Under the pieces are notes generated by a model that was not told where the DNA came from, made no database searches, and saw nothing but the letters and a program-made list of their open reading frames with translations. DNA of 64,000 bases, from the NCBI GenBank assembly GCA_963714275.1, contig CAVQNT010000002.1:448001-512000 (forward strand). Direction: 5' to 3'. Shown here piece by piece: positions 11,293 to 21,477 of the stretch; position 1 is the stretch's first letter, and every line of letters starts with the position of its first letter. The DNA is from Candidatus Bathyarchaeota archaeon. GTDB taxonomy: Archaea; Thermoproteota; Bathyarchaeia; Bathyarchaeales; DTEX01. Both the position numbers and the translations under genes were made by a program.

Positions 11293-11389
11293 TATTCTTT
11301 TATATTCAAAAAATATTATTGTGTCTTGAACGGGAACTCCGATAAACTTAAGTTCATGTGCCCTATTTTCGTCTTCTAAGTGATTCAAA

Positions 11390-11674
11390 ATGCCATTGTT
11401 CGGAAAAAAGAAAGAATCCGACGTTGAACAGACCTCTTACGAAGTTTTCGGGGGATTCACGATCACAAAGAACCAGTCAGGCTACGAGATCAGGTGGAAA
11501 AACCCCAACCCGACATCGATAACTGTTTTGCCTGAACCCGTAATCGACGCGAACGTTAAAACCAGCAAGGACGGCGATTTGCTTCAAATCCTTACAACTG
11601 AATGCAAGTTGATTATAACGAAAAAGGGAGGAAGCACAGAAGCCCGCGTCTCTCACCTTTGGGGTTCTGTTTAA
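11390..11674 (+). CDS. Hypothetical protein
   Basis: 94-aa ORF with GTGA-type SD, fills an intergenic gap. Confidence 0.55.
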   Translation: MPLFGKKKESDVEQTSYEVFGGFTITKNQSGYEIRWKNPNPTSITVLPEPVIDANVKTSKDGDLLQILTTECKLIITKKGGSTEARVSHLWGSV

Positions 11675-11745
11675 TTATTATCAACAATTTCAATAATTGT
11701 GACTGTTTTACCTGTTTTTATAATTAGATTAAAAAAATTTTAGGA

Positions 11746-13035
11746 TTACAGATTATATAGTTCGATTGAATTTTGCCCCATGATTTTCTCTGCAACCGAA
11801 AAAGCCATTTTTTTACCGAAGTACCCAGATGCAACTTTTATTGCCAAAACATACGAAACAAGACCTTTAGCGAGAATTAAGGAAGCGTAGCTGTGTTCTA
11901 TTAACTGATGGTCGCCGCCCCATGCGAATATTTTATTGTATGGAACAATCTCAAGCCATTCATTTAATCCTCTTTTGTAGGCTGTGGGAGATATGTGCGC
12001 TAGCCAGCATGCATCAATGTAAACGTTAGGAAAATACTTGGACATTATTCCTGCTTCCTGCATATACGGGTAACCGCCATGGAAAATGTCAAATCGTACA
12101 TCGGGAAACTTTCGGAAAAGGTTGGTCAGAAGGGTTGGCTGGGCGTTGGTTAGTGTGTTGAGGTTTCCAGCCTGGATTCCCGTATGAATTTGAAACGGAA
12201 GATTATGCTTAGAGCATTTCTCGCAGACAGCATGCATCATGAAATCTTGAAAAACCTTTCTTTCTTGCGGACCAACCTCATTCAGACCTTTTGAGAAGAT
12301 TCTTTCAGCATCAGCCTTAGCAACATTATCATAGAAGAGGCTTCGTTCATAAGCTAGTCCAGACTTAACGCCTACTACACCAGCTTTGGTTGCTGCTTCG
12401 AAAGAATGATCAAGTTCATTTAGGTAATCGTCCAGAGAGTGAATATTCTGCGATGCACAGTCCTTGACTACGTTAAGGTTGCCTTGAATAATATCGTCCA
12501 TCCTAACGACTTGAACGAGTCTTTCATCTTTAATTATTTTATCGTTTGGTAACGGTCCGCTTATGTCCAAAATGACTTTATGAACCTTCATTTTTTCAAG
12601 AATTTCTAACGACCATTTGAGGTTATTTTGGCTCTTTTCTCGGATATGCTGCGATAGTTCCCTCCAATTGGATTCGTCTACTTCTTCATCCTGAAGCCCG
12701 TAAAGGTCTCGGAGAGCGATTAGAAGATACCTGTAATAAATGGTGTTACGCACCCTTTCCAGATATGGCTTCAACTCCTTCCATCGTTCTTCAGATTGGT
12801 CTTCCCCGCACGGTTTCTCTAAATACTTGTACTTGTCTGGTTCGATGCATTTTCCTGGCAATCCAGCGGACAGCAAGTCTCCCTGCAAGTATGTGTGAGT
12901 CAGAAAATACGGGAGGTCCATCTCAAAATTTGGTTCTTTCATGAACGGAGAACTTAGATGTTCGTGCTGGTCAACAATTTTTATGCCTTCAAGAAATTCG
13001 GATATTTCCTTTTTTACTTCTTTTATCTTGTTCAA
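11746..13035 (-). CDS. Amidohydrolase family (UxaC-like) protein
   Basis: VDQHEH, FQIHTG, IFHGGYP, AWGGD metal ligands. Confidence 0.8.
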   Translation of the reverse strand: MNKIKEVKKEISEFLEGIKIVDQHEHLSSPFMKEPNFEMDLPYFLTHTYLQGDLLSAGLPGKCIEPDKYKYLEKPCGEDQSEERWKELKPYLERVRNTIYYRYLLIALRDLYGLQDEEVDESNWRELSQHIREKSQNNLKWSLEILEKMKVHKVILDISGPLPNDKIIKDERLVQVVRMDDIIQGNLNVVKDCASQNIHSLDDYLNELDHSFEAATKAGVVGVKSGLAYERSLFYDNVAKADAERIFSKGLNEVGPQERKVFQDFMMHAVCEKCSKHNLPFQIHTGIQAGNLNTLTNAQPTLLTNLFRKFPDVRFDIFHGGYPYMQEAGIMSKYFPNVYIDACWLAHISPTAYKRGLNEWLEIVPYNKIFAWGGDHQLIEHSYASLILAKGLVSYVLAIKVASGYFGKKMAFSVAEKIMGQNSIELYNL

Positions 13036-13195
13036 CCCGAATCACCAAATAAAAATTCCATTGTAATAAGGCGGATATCTTTACAAAGGTATTTAACATT
13101 TTTTTAATATTTTTCCAACTCATAAAAGAAATCTGGACCAAAACTGTTTATGGATTCAGAAACCATAGGATTTAAAAATAACCTTTCCCATTTAA

Positions 13196-14420
13196 TTGAG
13201 GGTCGTGACGAAAATGCCGAGTCTCCTTACTGGACGACAATTAAAAGCTTGTTTTAGAACCTTCTGCCCGTTCGAGAAAGATGGAACCCTTAAACCAGAA
13301 ACAGAAAGGATAACATTTCTAGCTTCAAACATCAATCCGCCTGTTGACCTTGAAGGAAGAGCCTTCGTAATGGCTGCAGCGCAAGGCAAACAATCGCCGA
13401 TGATTATCCAGATAAGCTACAATTCCATGAACCTTTCAGGCGGCAAAGAAACACATTTCAAACTGCCCGAAGGCATCTCTAGGCAACCGAAACCTTACCC
13501 CGCGTCAGACGGTGCGGAAACGCAGGTCGAAGTCTTAGAACACATCGTGAACCAGTATGGCGCCAAGTATGTAGCCGTGTCGCTGGACCATTTCAATGTG
13601 CCAAAATTTGACGAAACCTCGTTCTCGAGCCAGCCCACCAAGAAGTGTGTGCGAACCGAGCTCGCTGAAGCCCGAATAAGGGATGCTGTTAACTTCATGG
13701 AGCCCGTCTTTGGGAAGGTGAAACTTGACGAAAAAACCGTCAGAGCCTACGTAAATTACCTTTCCAGCTCAGAGTACTCAGGATTCAAAAGGGACTTTAT
13801 TAACGTGGTCGCGGCGGTCAGCCCAGCGTGGGGCATGATCGACACGGAAAAGCTTCCGCCCGTCCTAGACTTTGTGGTGACCCGAGAAATAAGCGACGCC
13901 ATAAAGAGGGAGCTCGGAAACGAAGACATCGTCATTGAGGCAGAGTTCGGAGCAACCGCGTCAAGTGGCAAAGAACTCGAATACGTGGAGTTAAGAGGAA
14001 AGGCTTTAGAGTCGTTCGCTGACCAAGTCGTTTCTTTCGTGAAGTACACGGGAGCCGAAGGAATCGCGTATCCAATAGGTATGGCTCATTCTGCAAAAAT
14101 TGGCGAGACGCATGAACCTGACATGGTTAGGCTTGAGGAAGTTCAAAGAAGAGCTGTACCTTGAGACAGGTGATTACGTGCCTTTTGCCCAGCATGGTGG
14201 AACTGGAGTTGCACGGGTCGCGCGTGGATTGGTGGGCAAAGACAACATTAACACGAAGTACCTCGTGGTGGGAGCGAACGCTGTCGCAGACCACGTTGAA
14301 GCAAACCTGAAGGCAATAAGAGCCGGAGACAAGAAAGCCTGCGGAACCGTAATCTACGATTTGATGGTGATGGCTGTCTACAAAGCTACGATAGAGAAAC
14401 TGGAAGAAACAGGAAGCTGA
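13196..14420 (+). CDS. Class II fructose-bisphosphate aldolase-like protein (frameshift near 14145)
   Basis: SPMIIQIS, VSLDH, IEAEFG, IGMAH and (other frame) AQHGGTG...NINT. Confidence 0.75.
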
Positions 14421-14622
14421 CCAGAAAGGACCCATGTTAAGCTCCGTAATTTAGAAAAGGCACCGCATTTTTTCTTGTTAGGCTGAGCTTATGCACTTAA
14501 CTTCTCAGAGTCCTAAAACTTTATTGTGACATCCATTTTGTTACGGAAAATTTTTTGAGGGAAAAGATTTTTACAGCATCATGCAATGATATTTGTCTAT
14601 TCTGCTCGTAACGGTTTGTGGC

Positions 14623-16086
14623 ATGACAAAGACAGAAGGCGCGGTTAGAATCGGGCTTGAGGTTCACACCCAGTTAACCAGCCTAAAGTCTAAACTTTTC
14701 TGCAGCTGCTCATCCGACTACAGGGGCAAAGAACCAAACTCGATGGTCTGCCCCGTCTGTTTAGGGCTTCCCGGCTCGCTTCCCGTCCTCAACGCGAAAG
14801 CAGTCGAGTACGCGGTTATGGCTGCCTTGGCGCTTGACTGCAAGGTTTCTAAACGGATGTTCTTTTTCCGAAAAAATTATTACTATCCAGACTTGCCCAA
14901 GAACTTCCAGATTACGCAGTATGACCGGGCAGGCGGAGTTCCCCTTGCTGTCGGAGGGCACCTGTACATTGAAGACCAGAAAAAACGGAAGAAAATCAAT
15001 ATCAGCCGCGTTCATCTGGAAGAGGACCCAGGAAGGCTGGTACACAGCGGTCCTATTGACCAGTCGCTGTACACGTTGGTTGATTATAACCGTTCTGGGA
15101 TAACGCTTTTGGAGACGGTTACTGACCCTGACATGGATTCGCCGAGAGAAGCCCGAATTTTTCTTCAGAAGCTCAGGTCCGTTCTCGAACACTTGGGCAT
15201 CTTCGATGGCAGCTTGGAGGGCGCAATGCGGTGCGACGCAAACATTTCTTTTGCTGGAGGCACAAGGGTCGAGGTTAAAAACATATCGTCGTTTAAGGAG
15301 GTTGAACGTGCCCTCGGCTTCGAGATTACGAGGCAAAAAGGCTTGGTGGAAAGGGGAGGAGTCGTGAAAAGGGAAACTCGGCACTGGGACGAAACCAGAC
15401 GGATTACGGTTTCGCTTCGCTCTAAAGAGGAGGAACAGGAGTATCGGTACTTCCCTGAACCCGACCTTACGCCGATCGAATTAACTACGGATTACATCGA
15501 AAAAATCAAGGCGGGAATGCCTGAACTGCCAGACGACAGGATGAAACGGTTCGTCGCTGCTTACGGTTTGCCGAGGTATGACGCGGAAGTTTTAGTTGGC
15601 TCCAAGGCTTTCACTGACTTTTTTGAGGAAAGCGTGCGACTATACAACAAGCCCAAGGAAGTCAGCAACTGGATGATGAGCGACCTTCTCAGGTACCTTT
15701 ACGAGAACGACCTTGAACTGCAGGAGTCGAAGGTTACGCCTGCTAAGCTCGTCGAAATGATAGAACTGATAGATAAAGGCGTAATAAGTGGAAAATTCGC
15801 TAAAACGCTTCTTCCAAAGGTCATCGTGACAGGCAAGGCTCCCAACGAGATCGTTGAAGAAGAAAGGATGTTCAAAATTTCAGACCTCGACTACCTAAAA
15901 AAATTAGTTAACAAAATCTTTGACGAGAACCCGAAAGCCATTCAAGACGCACTTGTGGACGAGAAGGCGGTGCATTTCCTAATCGGGCAATTGATGAAGG
16001 CAACACATGGAAAGGCAGATCCGTCTCTAGCAAGTCGCATCGTCAACGAGAAGCTTAACTCAATAAGAAAAAGTAAGACAAAATAA
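14623..16086 (+). CDS. gatB: Asp-tRNA(Asn)/Glu-tRNA(Gln) amidotransferase subunit B
   Basis: IGLEVH, RKNYYYPDLPKNFQITQ, HLEED, YRYFPEPDL. Confidence 0.95.
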   Translation: MTKTEGAVRIGLEVHTQLTSLKSKLFCSCSSDYRGKEPNSMVCPVCLGLPGSLPVLNAKAVEYAVMAALALDCKVSKRMFFFRKNYYYPDLPKNFQITQYDRAGGVPLAVGGHLYIEDQKKRKKINISRVHLEEDPGRLVHSGPIDQSLYTLVDYNRSGITLLETVTDPDMDSPREARIFLQKLRSVLEHLGIFDGSLEGAMRCDANISFAGGTRVEVKNISSFKEVERALGFEITRQKGLVERGGVVKRETRHWDETRRITVSLRSKEEEQEYRYFPEPDLTPIELTTDYIEKIKAGMPELPDDRMKRFVAAYGLPRYDAEVLVGSKAFTDFFEESVRLYNKPKEVSNWMMSDLLRYLYENDLELQESKVTPAKLVEMIELIDKGVISGKFAKTLLPKVIVTGKAPNEIVEEERMFKISDLDYLKKLVNKIFDENPKAIQDALVDEKAVHFLIGQLMKATHGKADPSLASRIVNEKLNSIRKSKTK

Positions 16087-16097
16087 TGTTTCCGGTT

Positions 16098-17154
16098 TCA
16101 CTGCAGGATTATTTCTTTGCCTTTTTTGGCTGAAAGATAAATCGCGTCGAGAATTCGCATGCATTCCAAGCCCTGTTCTCCTGTGGCAATGGGCTCTTTG
16201 TCGTCGAGGATGCAGTCGATAAAGTTTTCCATAGCGTTCTTCGTCTTTTCTTTTCGTCCAAGTATTAAGCTCGTCTCTGAGGATGCCATCTTCTTCGGTG
16301 AAAACCTTCGCCTCGAAATTGTAACTTTCGCCAATGTTTCTTTGGACGACGCCGCCTTTTGTGCCCAGAATCTGGGTAACCATGTCTTCCCGTTTCTCTG
16401 AGTATCCGTCCCAGCTCGTCTCCAGAATCAGCGTCGCGCCATTCTGCAACCTAATGAACGCAGCTGCCAAATCCTCAACGTCGAATTTCGCCTTGCTTTC
16501 AGACGCAAGTCTCTCGCCGATAAGACCGTAGGTGCTTGCTGACACAGAAACAGCGTGCGGGTAATTCATAAGCCACAAAGCCAAGTCGAGACGGTGAACG
16601 CCAAGGTCGATAAGTGGACCTCCACCAGAAAGGTTTTTTATACCAAACCAGCCTCCGAACTTCGGGATTCCTCCCCTTCGCCTATGCCAGATGGACCTAC
16701 AATAGTAGACGTCTCCGATGATTCCTTTACCAATCAGTTCCTTCAATGCCATGCAGTGGTCGATGAAACGGTAGCTGAAGTTAATCATCAGCTTCTTCTT
16801 GTCCTTTCTCGCTTCCACAAGCATTGATTCAGCTTCCTGAGCGTTCATCGCCATCGGTTTCTCGCAGAGAACGTGAAGCCCCTTTTTCAAAGCTTTCATG
16901 GTGACTGAGGCATGCAGGTAGTTCGGCAGGGCTACGCTTAGCCCGTCGAGGTTCAACGGAGCATCTAACATCTCATCTATGGAAGAATAAACATGAGGCA
17001 CGTTGAATTCCTTAGATATGCTCCTAAGAAGGGTTTCATTGTTGTCGCAGATCGCAACAACCTCGCAGCGTTCATAAGCTTGGTAATTCCTTAAATGGTA
17101 CTTTCCCATCCCAAGTCCGATGATACCTATTCTCGCCTTTTTTGTTTTTTCCAT
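16098..17154 (-). CDS. Gfo/Idh/MocA oxidoreductase (frameshift near 16270)
   Basis: GIIGLG, HVLCEKP, GGGPLIDLGVH; C-terminus ...RILDAIYLSA in ORF 16098..16334. Confidence 0.85.
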
Positions 17155-17219
17155 TACTCATCGCCACCTATAACTTCTCAACATGTTGAAATTAGAAACG
17201 GATTGGACGCTTAAAAAAT

Positions 17220-17888
17220 TTAAGTACTTTCTTTGGAATCAGGCGCCACGGCCTTTCGTAGAAACCTGTAAACCCTGAAAGCAGCCTCACGGTCCGCTGT
17301 GAACCCGGAAGTTGAACCCAAAAGGCAGACGCCCTCCAGCCCTCGTTTCTTTGCGAGACCAAGAAGAAGCCCCGAGATGCCGATGATTCTTCGTCTCTTG
17401 TATGCAACGGCGCCTTTTGTGACATATTCTTTGGTAAAGTCCTTGTTTGTCGCAGCCACGTAGATTTCTTTCGTGGGTTGTGTAGTTGGAGCTCCATCCA
17501 TAGTGATGATGGACTTGCATCCAAGGTCTAAGACAAAGTCCAGTATGTCGTTGCAAAGTTCGTAGTGGGCTGGAATGTCCTCCAAAGCAGGCGGGCTGTC
17601 TCCTATTAGGATTACGAGATTAGGGCTTTTGGTGGAAACGTAGAATTCATATTTTGGAGGATGGCAAACTCCCTTTTTGTCGATGAACACATAGTCGGGC
17701 AAAATTGGAGAGTACAACTCCGCGAAGGGTTCCGCTTTCAGAAACTCGTGGAAAAGCTTAGCGGCCATTCGACCTATGTCGCCGATGCTTGAAAGCCCAA
17801 CAATCAGAGTTGGGTCAACGAGTTTTGGTTGCGAAAGCATCCGAATGTACGTTTTTTTCATTGAAGGCACACTTACCGTAAGCTTCAC
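17220..17888 (-). CDS. PAC2 family (proteasome assembly chaperone-like) protein
   Basis: LIVGLSSIGDIG, IIGISGLLLGLAKKRGLEGVCLLG. Confidence 0.8.
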   Translation of the reverse strand: MKLTVSVPSMKKTYIRMLSQPKLVDPTLIVGLSSIGDIGRMAAKLFHEFLKAEPFAELYSPILPDYVFIDKKGVCHPPKYEFYVSTKSPNLVILIGDSPPALEDIPAHYELCNDILDFVLDLGCKSIITMDGAPTTQPTKEIYVAATNKDFTKEYVTKGAVAYKRRRIIGISGLLLGLAKKRGLEGVCLLGSTSGFTADREAAFRVYRFLRKAVAPDSKEST

Positions 17889-17983
17889 TCTTTCACGTAT
17901 AGACTTTTCGTTTTCCCGTCATAAGTAAACACTTAATAGACACTGTCTTTCCACGTGAAAGAAGTTGAGACGGCGGAGTCGAC

Positions 17984-18452
17984 ATGAGCACCAAAAAGAC
18001 AAGCAAATCCGAACTCTACGAACAATGCCAAAAAGAAATTACTAAAAAAATCGGGAACAAGACATTGATTGAAAGAATGGACTTTTTATGTCAACTCTTT
18101 AAGGCAAAGATTCCATACTATTTTTGGGTCGGCTTCTACTTTCCCAAAGACGAACACTTAGAGACTTGGTCCCTCAAAAGGTCCATCAGCCTGTTCCCAG
18201 ATATCCTGCACAGGAGTGTGCGGAAAAGTAGCTGAAACCGGAAAGCCGGTTATTGTTCCAGACGTCAACAGATTTCCGGGACATGTTGCCTGCGACCCAA
18301 GGTCCAAATCAGAAATTGCCCTACCTGTCTTTGGCGTCAATGAGAAGGTGGTCGCAGTTTTCGATGTGGACAGTGATGAACGGGAAAGATTCGACAAGAC
18401 TGACCAGAAATGGCTACAAAAAATATTAAAAACAAGCCTTTACAGAAATTAA
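17984..18452 (+). CDS. GAF-domain protein (fRMsr/YebR-like), frameshifted
   Basis: WVGFY, GVCG, HVACD, SEIALP, DVDS motifs split over two frames. Confidence 0.8.
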
Positions 18453-18465
18453 GCCTTAAACTTAG

Positions 18466-19801
18466 CTAGATAAAATCGGCAAGTCTTTTCTGTCCGGTTT
18501 GCTTCCGTGCTTCTCGTCGTGTAACCGGTTGTGTTGATTGTTGTTCTACTAGGCTTTCAGCACTCTTTTTCTCGGATTCATCGACAATTTTAATTTGACC
18601 GTAGACTCCATCGTATCCCGGAACCACGTTTAGTCTTTCTTCTCTGACTCTGATTATTGCGTCCGCAATCGTCGGGTCAACTGTCTCAGCCAATACATTG
18701 AAAGGCGCATCAATAAGAACCGTGTACTCGTCGCCAAACTTTGATATGAGCAGATTGTAAACGTTCCAAACTTTCTGTATTCCAGGATATGCTGCACCTA
18801 GAACTGCTTGGATGACCTCGCTTAGGGGAAGAAGCCGCCTGAAGCCTGGAACACTGTCAGGTTTGAATCCATCTGGTCTGTCCGCCAGCTCGTTTACACG
18901 TTGCTCAACGCCTTTCGTGAGTTTCCTGTGGCAAACTGGGCATATTCCGCCATACTTCTTCACTTCTTCCGGCGAAAGGGATACCTTGCAGTTTCTGTGC
19001 CCCGTCCAGTGGTATTTACCATATTCGGGATAAGTTTCAATTGTGAAAAGGAAACGTTTCGGGTCCTTACTTCGGATGGCATCGATCACATTATTGAAAG
19101 TTAATCTTTCAATGTCGAAGACGTTGGCTTCACGTCCGATTCGCCAAGGCCAACTTGAATGAGAGTCGCTGTTCGAAACGAGGGTAAACCTGTCCAACGC
19201 GCTTAGTCGCCAGTTCATGGGCGGGTCAGACGAAAGACCGGTTTCCACAGCAAAAATGTGTTTTATGGTTTCTTGGTAGCAATCTTCTATCCTGTCGAAA
19301 CCGCTAAGGTCTCCGAAAAGACTGAACCACGGGGTCCAGATGTGCGCTGGGATTAAGACGTTTTCCCGTGATGCTTCCATTACTTCCTCAACAAGTGCAG
19401 CTGCTGTCATATTTAAAACGGGTCTGCCGTCAACAATCAGACTGCCGTAACGGGAAAGCCGATCGTTGATTTGTGCTGCGGTTTCGAGGTTAGGCGTCAA
19501 GATTAGGTGATGAATCTTTTTTGTCTCTTCTTTGAAGGGGAATATTGTGGCAGCTTCGCCAGTGACCATAAACCTAAGGGAAGAATTGGGTGCCTTTGTT
19601 GGCTTGTAAAGGTCTGATTCTTCGTCTCTTACGAGGTTCTCCTTCAGTTCTTTGAGCCACTGCGCATGCGTGAAGTCTCCAGTCCCAACTAGGTTCAAGC
19701 CCTTAACAGGCGCATAGCGGACGATTTCATCTACGTCCATCTGTTCGCTTGTCGCCCTGCTGTATTTGCTGTGAATATGGAAGTCAGCTGATTACCTTCA
19801 T
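18466..19801 (-). CDS. Endonuclease Q family PHP/Zn-finger protein (frameshift at 5' end)
   Basis: DFHIHSKYSRAT upstream of the called ORF, GTGDFTH, HIWTPW, NSDSHS, GKYH, CPVC, PGYDGVYG. Confidence 0.85.
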
Positions 19802-19924
19802 CGTGAAGCAACCGCAATGCAGTGTAAAGTTACATTTCCTATTGAAGCCAACGAGTCTATATGACTTCTTTTCTAACACTCAAAAAAATTTTGATAACAT
19901 TTAAGACGACAATTAAGTTTTTTG

Positions 19925-20605
19925 TTAATGGAAATAGTAAAGTTTGATTAGATAGAGCAAAGCCAGATGAAGCGGGTAATAGGCATAAAAGAAATATTTC
20001 CTCCACACTGGATATGCGGTTTCGCCCTTAGATTCATTAGTTTTCTTTATGAATCCAGAATGATGAAGAAGGATGATTGGAAGAGCCAAAAGCGAGAATA
20101 TCTGGAGCGACCATTGAAACAAGAATAAAAGGTTGAGCAGCACAATTGAGGCGATTCCTGTTTCTTTGTCTTTTCTGAGTATATGCATTGAACCTATCAA
20201 CAGAATGCCGTAGACACCGTAATCGAAGTTCAGGAAAGAAACCAGAATAGGAAGCACGAACCACAAGGATTTCTTTTCAAGAAATAATATGAACAAGACG
20301 CCGAAGGACAAGGTAAAGAAAATGTTAAGGTGCTCAAAAATCCCGGAACCTATTGCCAGAATAAACGGAACTTGGGACACGAACCCAAAAAGTAAGAGTC
20401 TGATGAAGTATTTTTTTACGTTTCGGGTGGTATCAATCCCTAACGCTGTGAGGTAACTGAACAGAGGAAATGATATTCGCCCGATTATTCGGAGAACTAC
20501 ATAGTTCGGGTAAAAGATGGCTCCAACATGGTCCACCGTCATCGTCGCTATAGCAATCCACTTCAGTGCTTCCCTGCCGACATCGAACTTTACTTGCATA
20601 ACCAA
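19925..20605 (-). CDS. TraX-family membrane protein
   Basis: LKWIAIATMTVDH, IGRISFP, NIFFTL, DYG, FYAYYPLHL. Confidence 0.85.
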   Translation of the reverse strand: MVMQVKFDVGREALKWIAIATMTVDHVGAIFYPNYVVLRIIGRISFPLFSYLTALGIDTTRNVKKYFIRLLLFGFVSQVPFILAIGSGIFEHLNIFFTLSFGVLFILFLEKKSLWFVLPILVSFLNFDYGVYGILLIGSMHILRKDKETGIASIVLLNLLFLFQWSLQIFSLLALPIILLHHSGFIKKTNESKGETAYPVWRKYFFYAYYPLHLALLYLIKLYYFH

Positions 20606-20644
20606 GCCAATTTACGGTTTGTTTTTTTATTATTCTATAGGTCT

Positions 20645-21361
20645 TTACGTGGTCTTTGATTGTTGTTCCTTTTTCGGTTCATTCTTGTCTTTTTCATCAA
20701 GCGGGAAAAACTTTTCCCAGTCGATCTTGAACATGGCTATTATGACAATTGCCATGAGGACAGCTGATGCAACGATTGTCAGTGGTCCTCCTTCTCCGCC
20801 AAACAAGGCTTCTATGGCGTCAATAGACAGGTAGCCACCGTATGCGATGATGAAACACATGAGCAGTTTTCCGAGGATACACGGAATGAAAGCTTTAACG
20901 AAGTTGTATCTCATTATTCCGAGCGGAATGAAGAGGAGGTCGTCGGGAAGCGGGGTCAAGGCGAAAACAAAAATTGAGACTGCTCCGTATTTATTGAATA
21001 ATTTTAGAATGTAATTCATTTTTTTCTTTTGTTTTTCGCTGATGACGGTTCTGCCGAAATATCCCAAGAAATAGCCAACGAACTCGCCTATGGCTGAACC
21101 TATTCCTCCTGAGACGGCTAAGAAAAAGGGGTTGAACAAGTCCTTCTGCATTCCTAACGAGAAGATGATCACGGTGTAAGGTATCGGAATGATGACTGAC
21201 GAGGAGCCAAGGAGGCTCACCAAAAAAACACCGAGGTATCCGTATGTCTGGGCAATGTCTTTAAGCCATTGGTCGAACTGTTGAAGCCATTCCATGCCCT
21301 GTTGAACGTCGAAGTTAAAAAGCACAGTCAAACCTTCCGTGTTCAGGCGGTTAATGAGCAT
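20645..21361 (-). CDS. DedA/VTT-domain membrane protein
   Basis: GYLGVFLVS, GEFVGYFLG, ALTPLPDD; true start probably at MEWLQ. Confidence 0.8.
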   Translation of the reverse strand: MLINRLNTEGLTVLFNFDVQQGMEWLQQFDQWLKDIAQTYGYLGVFLVSLLGSSSVIIPIPYTVIIFSLGMQKDLFNPFFLAVSGGIGSAIGEFVGYFLGYFGRTVISEKQKKKMNYILKLFNKYGAVSIFVFALTPLPDDLLFIPLGIMRYNFVKAFIPCILGKLLMCFIIAYGGYLSIDAIEALFGGEGGPLTIVASAVLMAIVIIAMFKIDWEKFFPLDEKDKNEPKKEQQSKTT

Positions 21362-21477
21362 GTCTTTCGTTCTTGATTCTTAAAAACCTAACCCAACAGA
21401 CTCCTGTCAACGTAACGAAGTCTTAAATCCGTAGGCGCATATTATCTGTCAAATTTATCGAGTTGGACTTGGATCGA

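Noticed and set aside
19925-20605. TraX as evidence of a conjugative element
   Set aside because: No other tra/virB genes; stand-alone TraX-family acyltransferases are common
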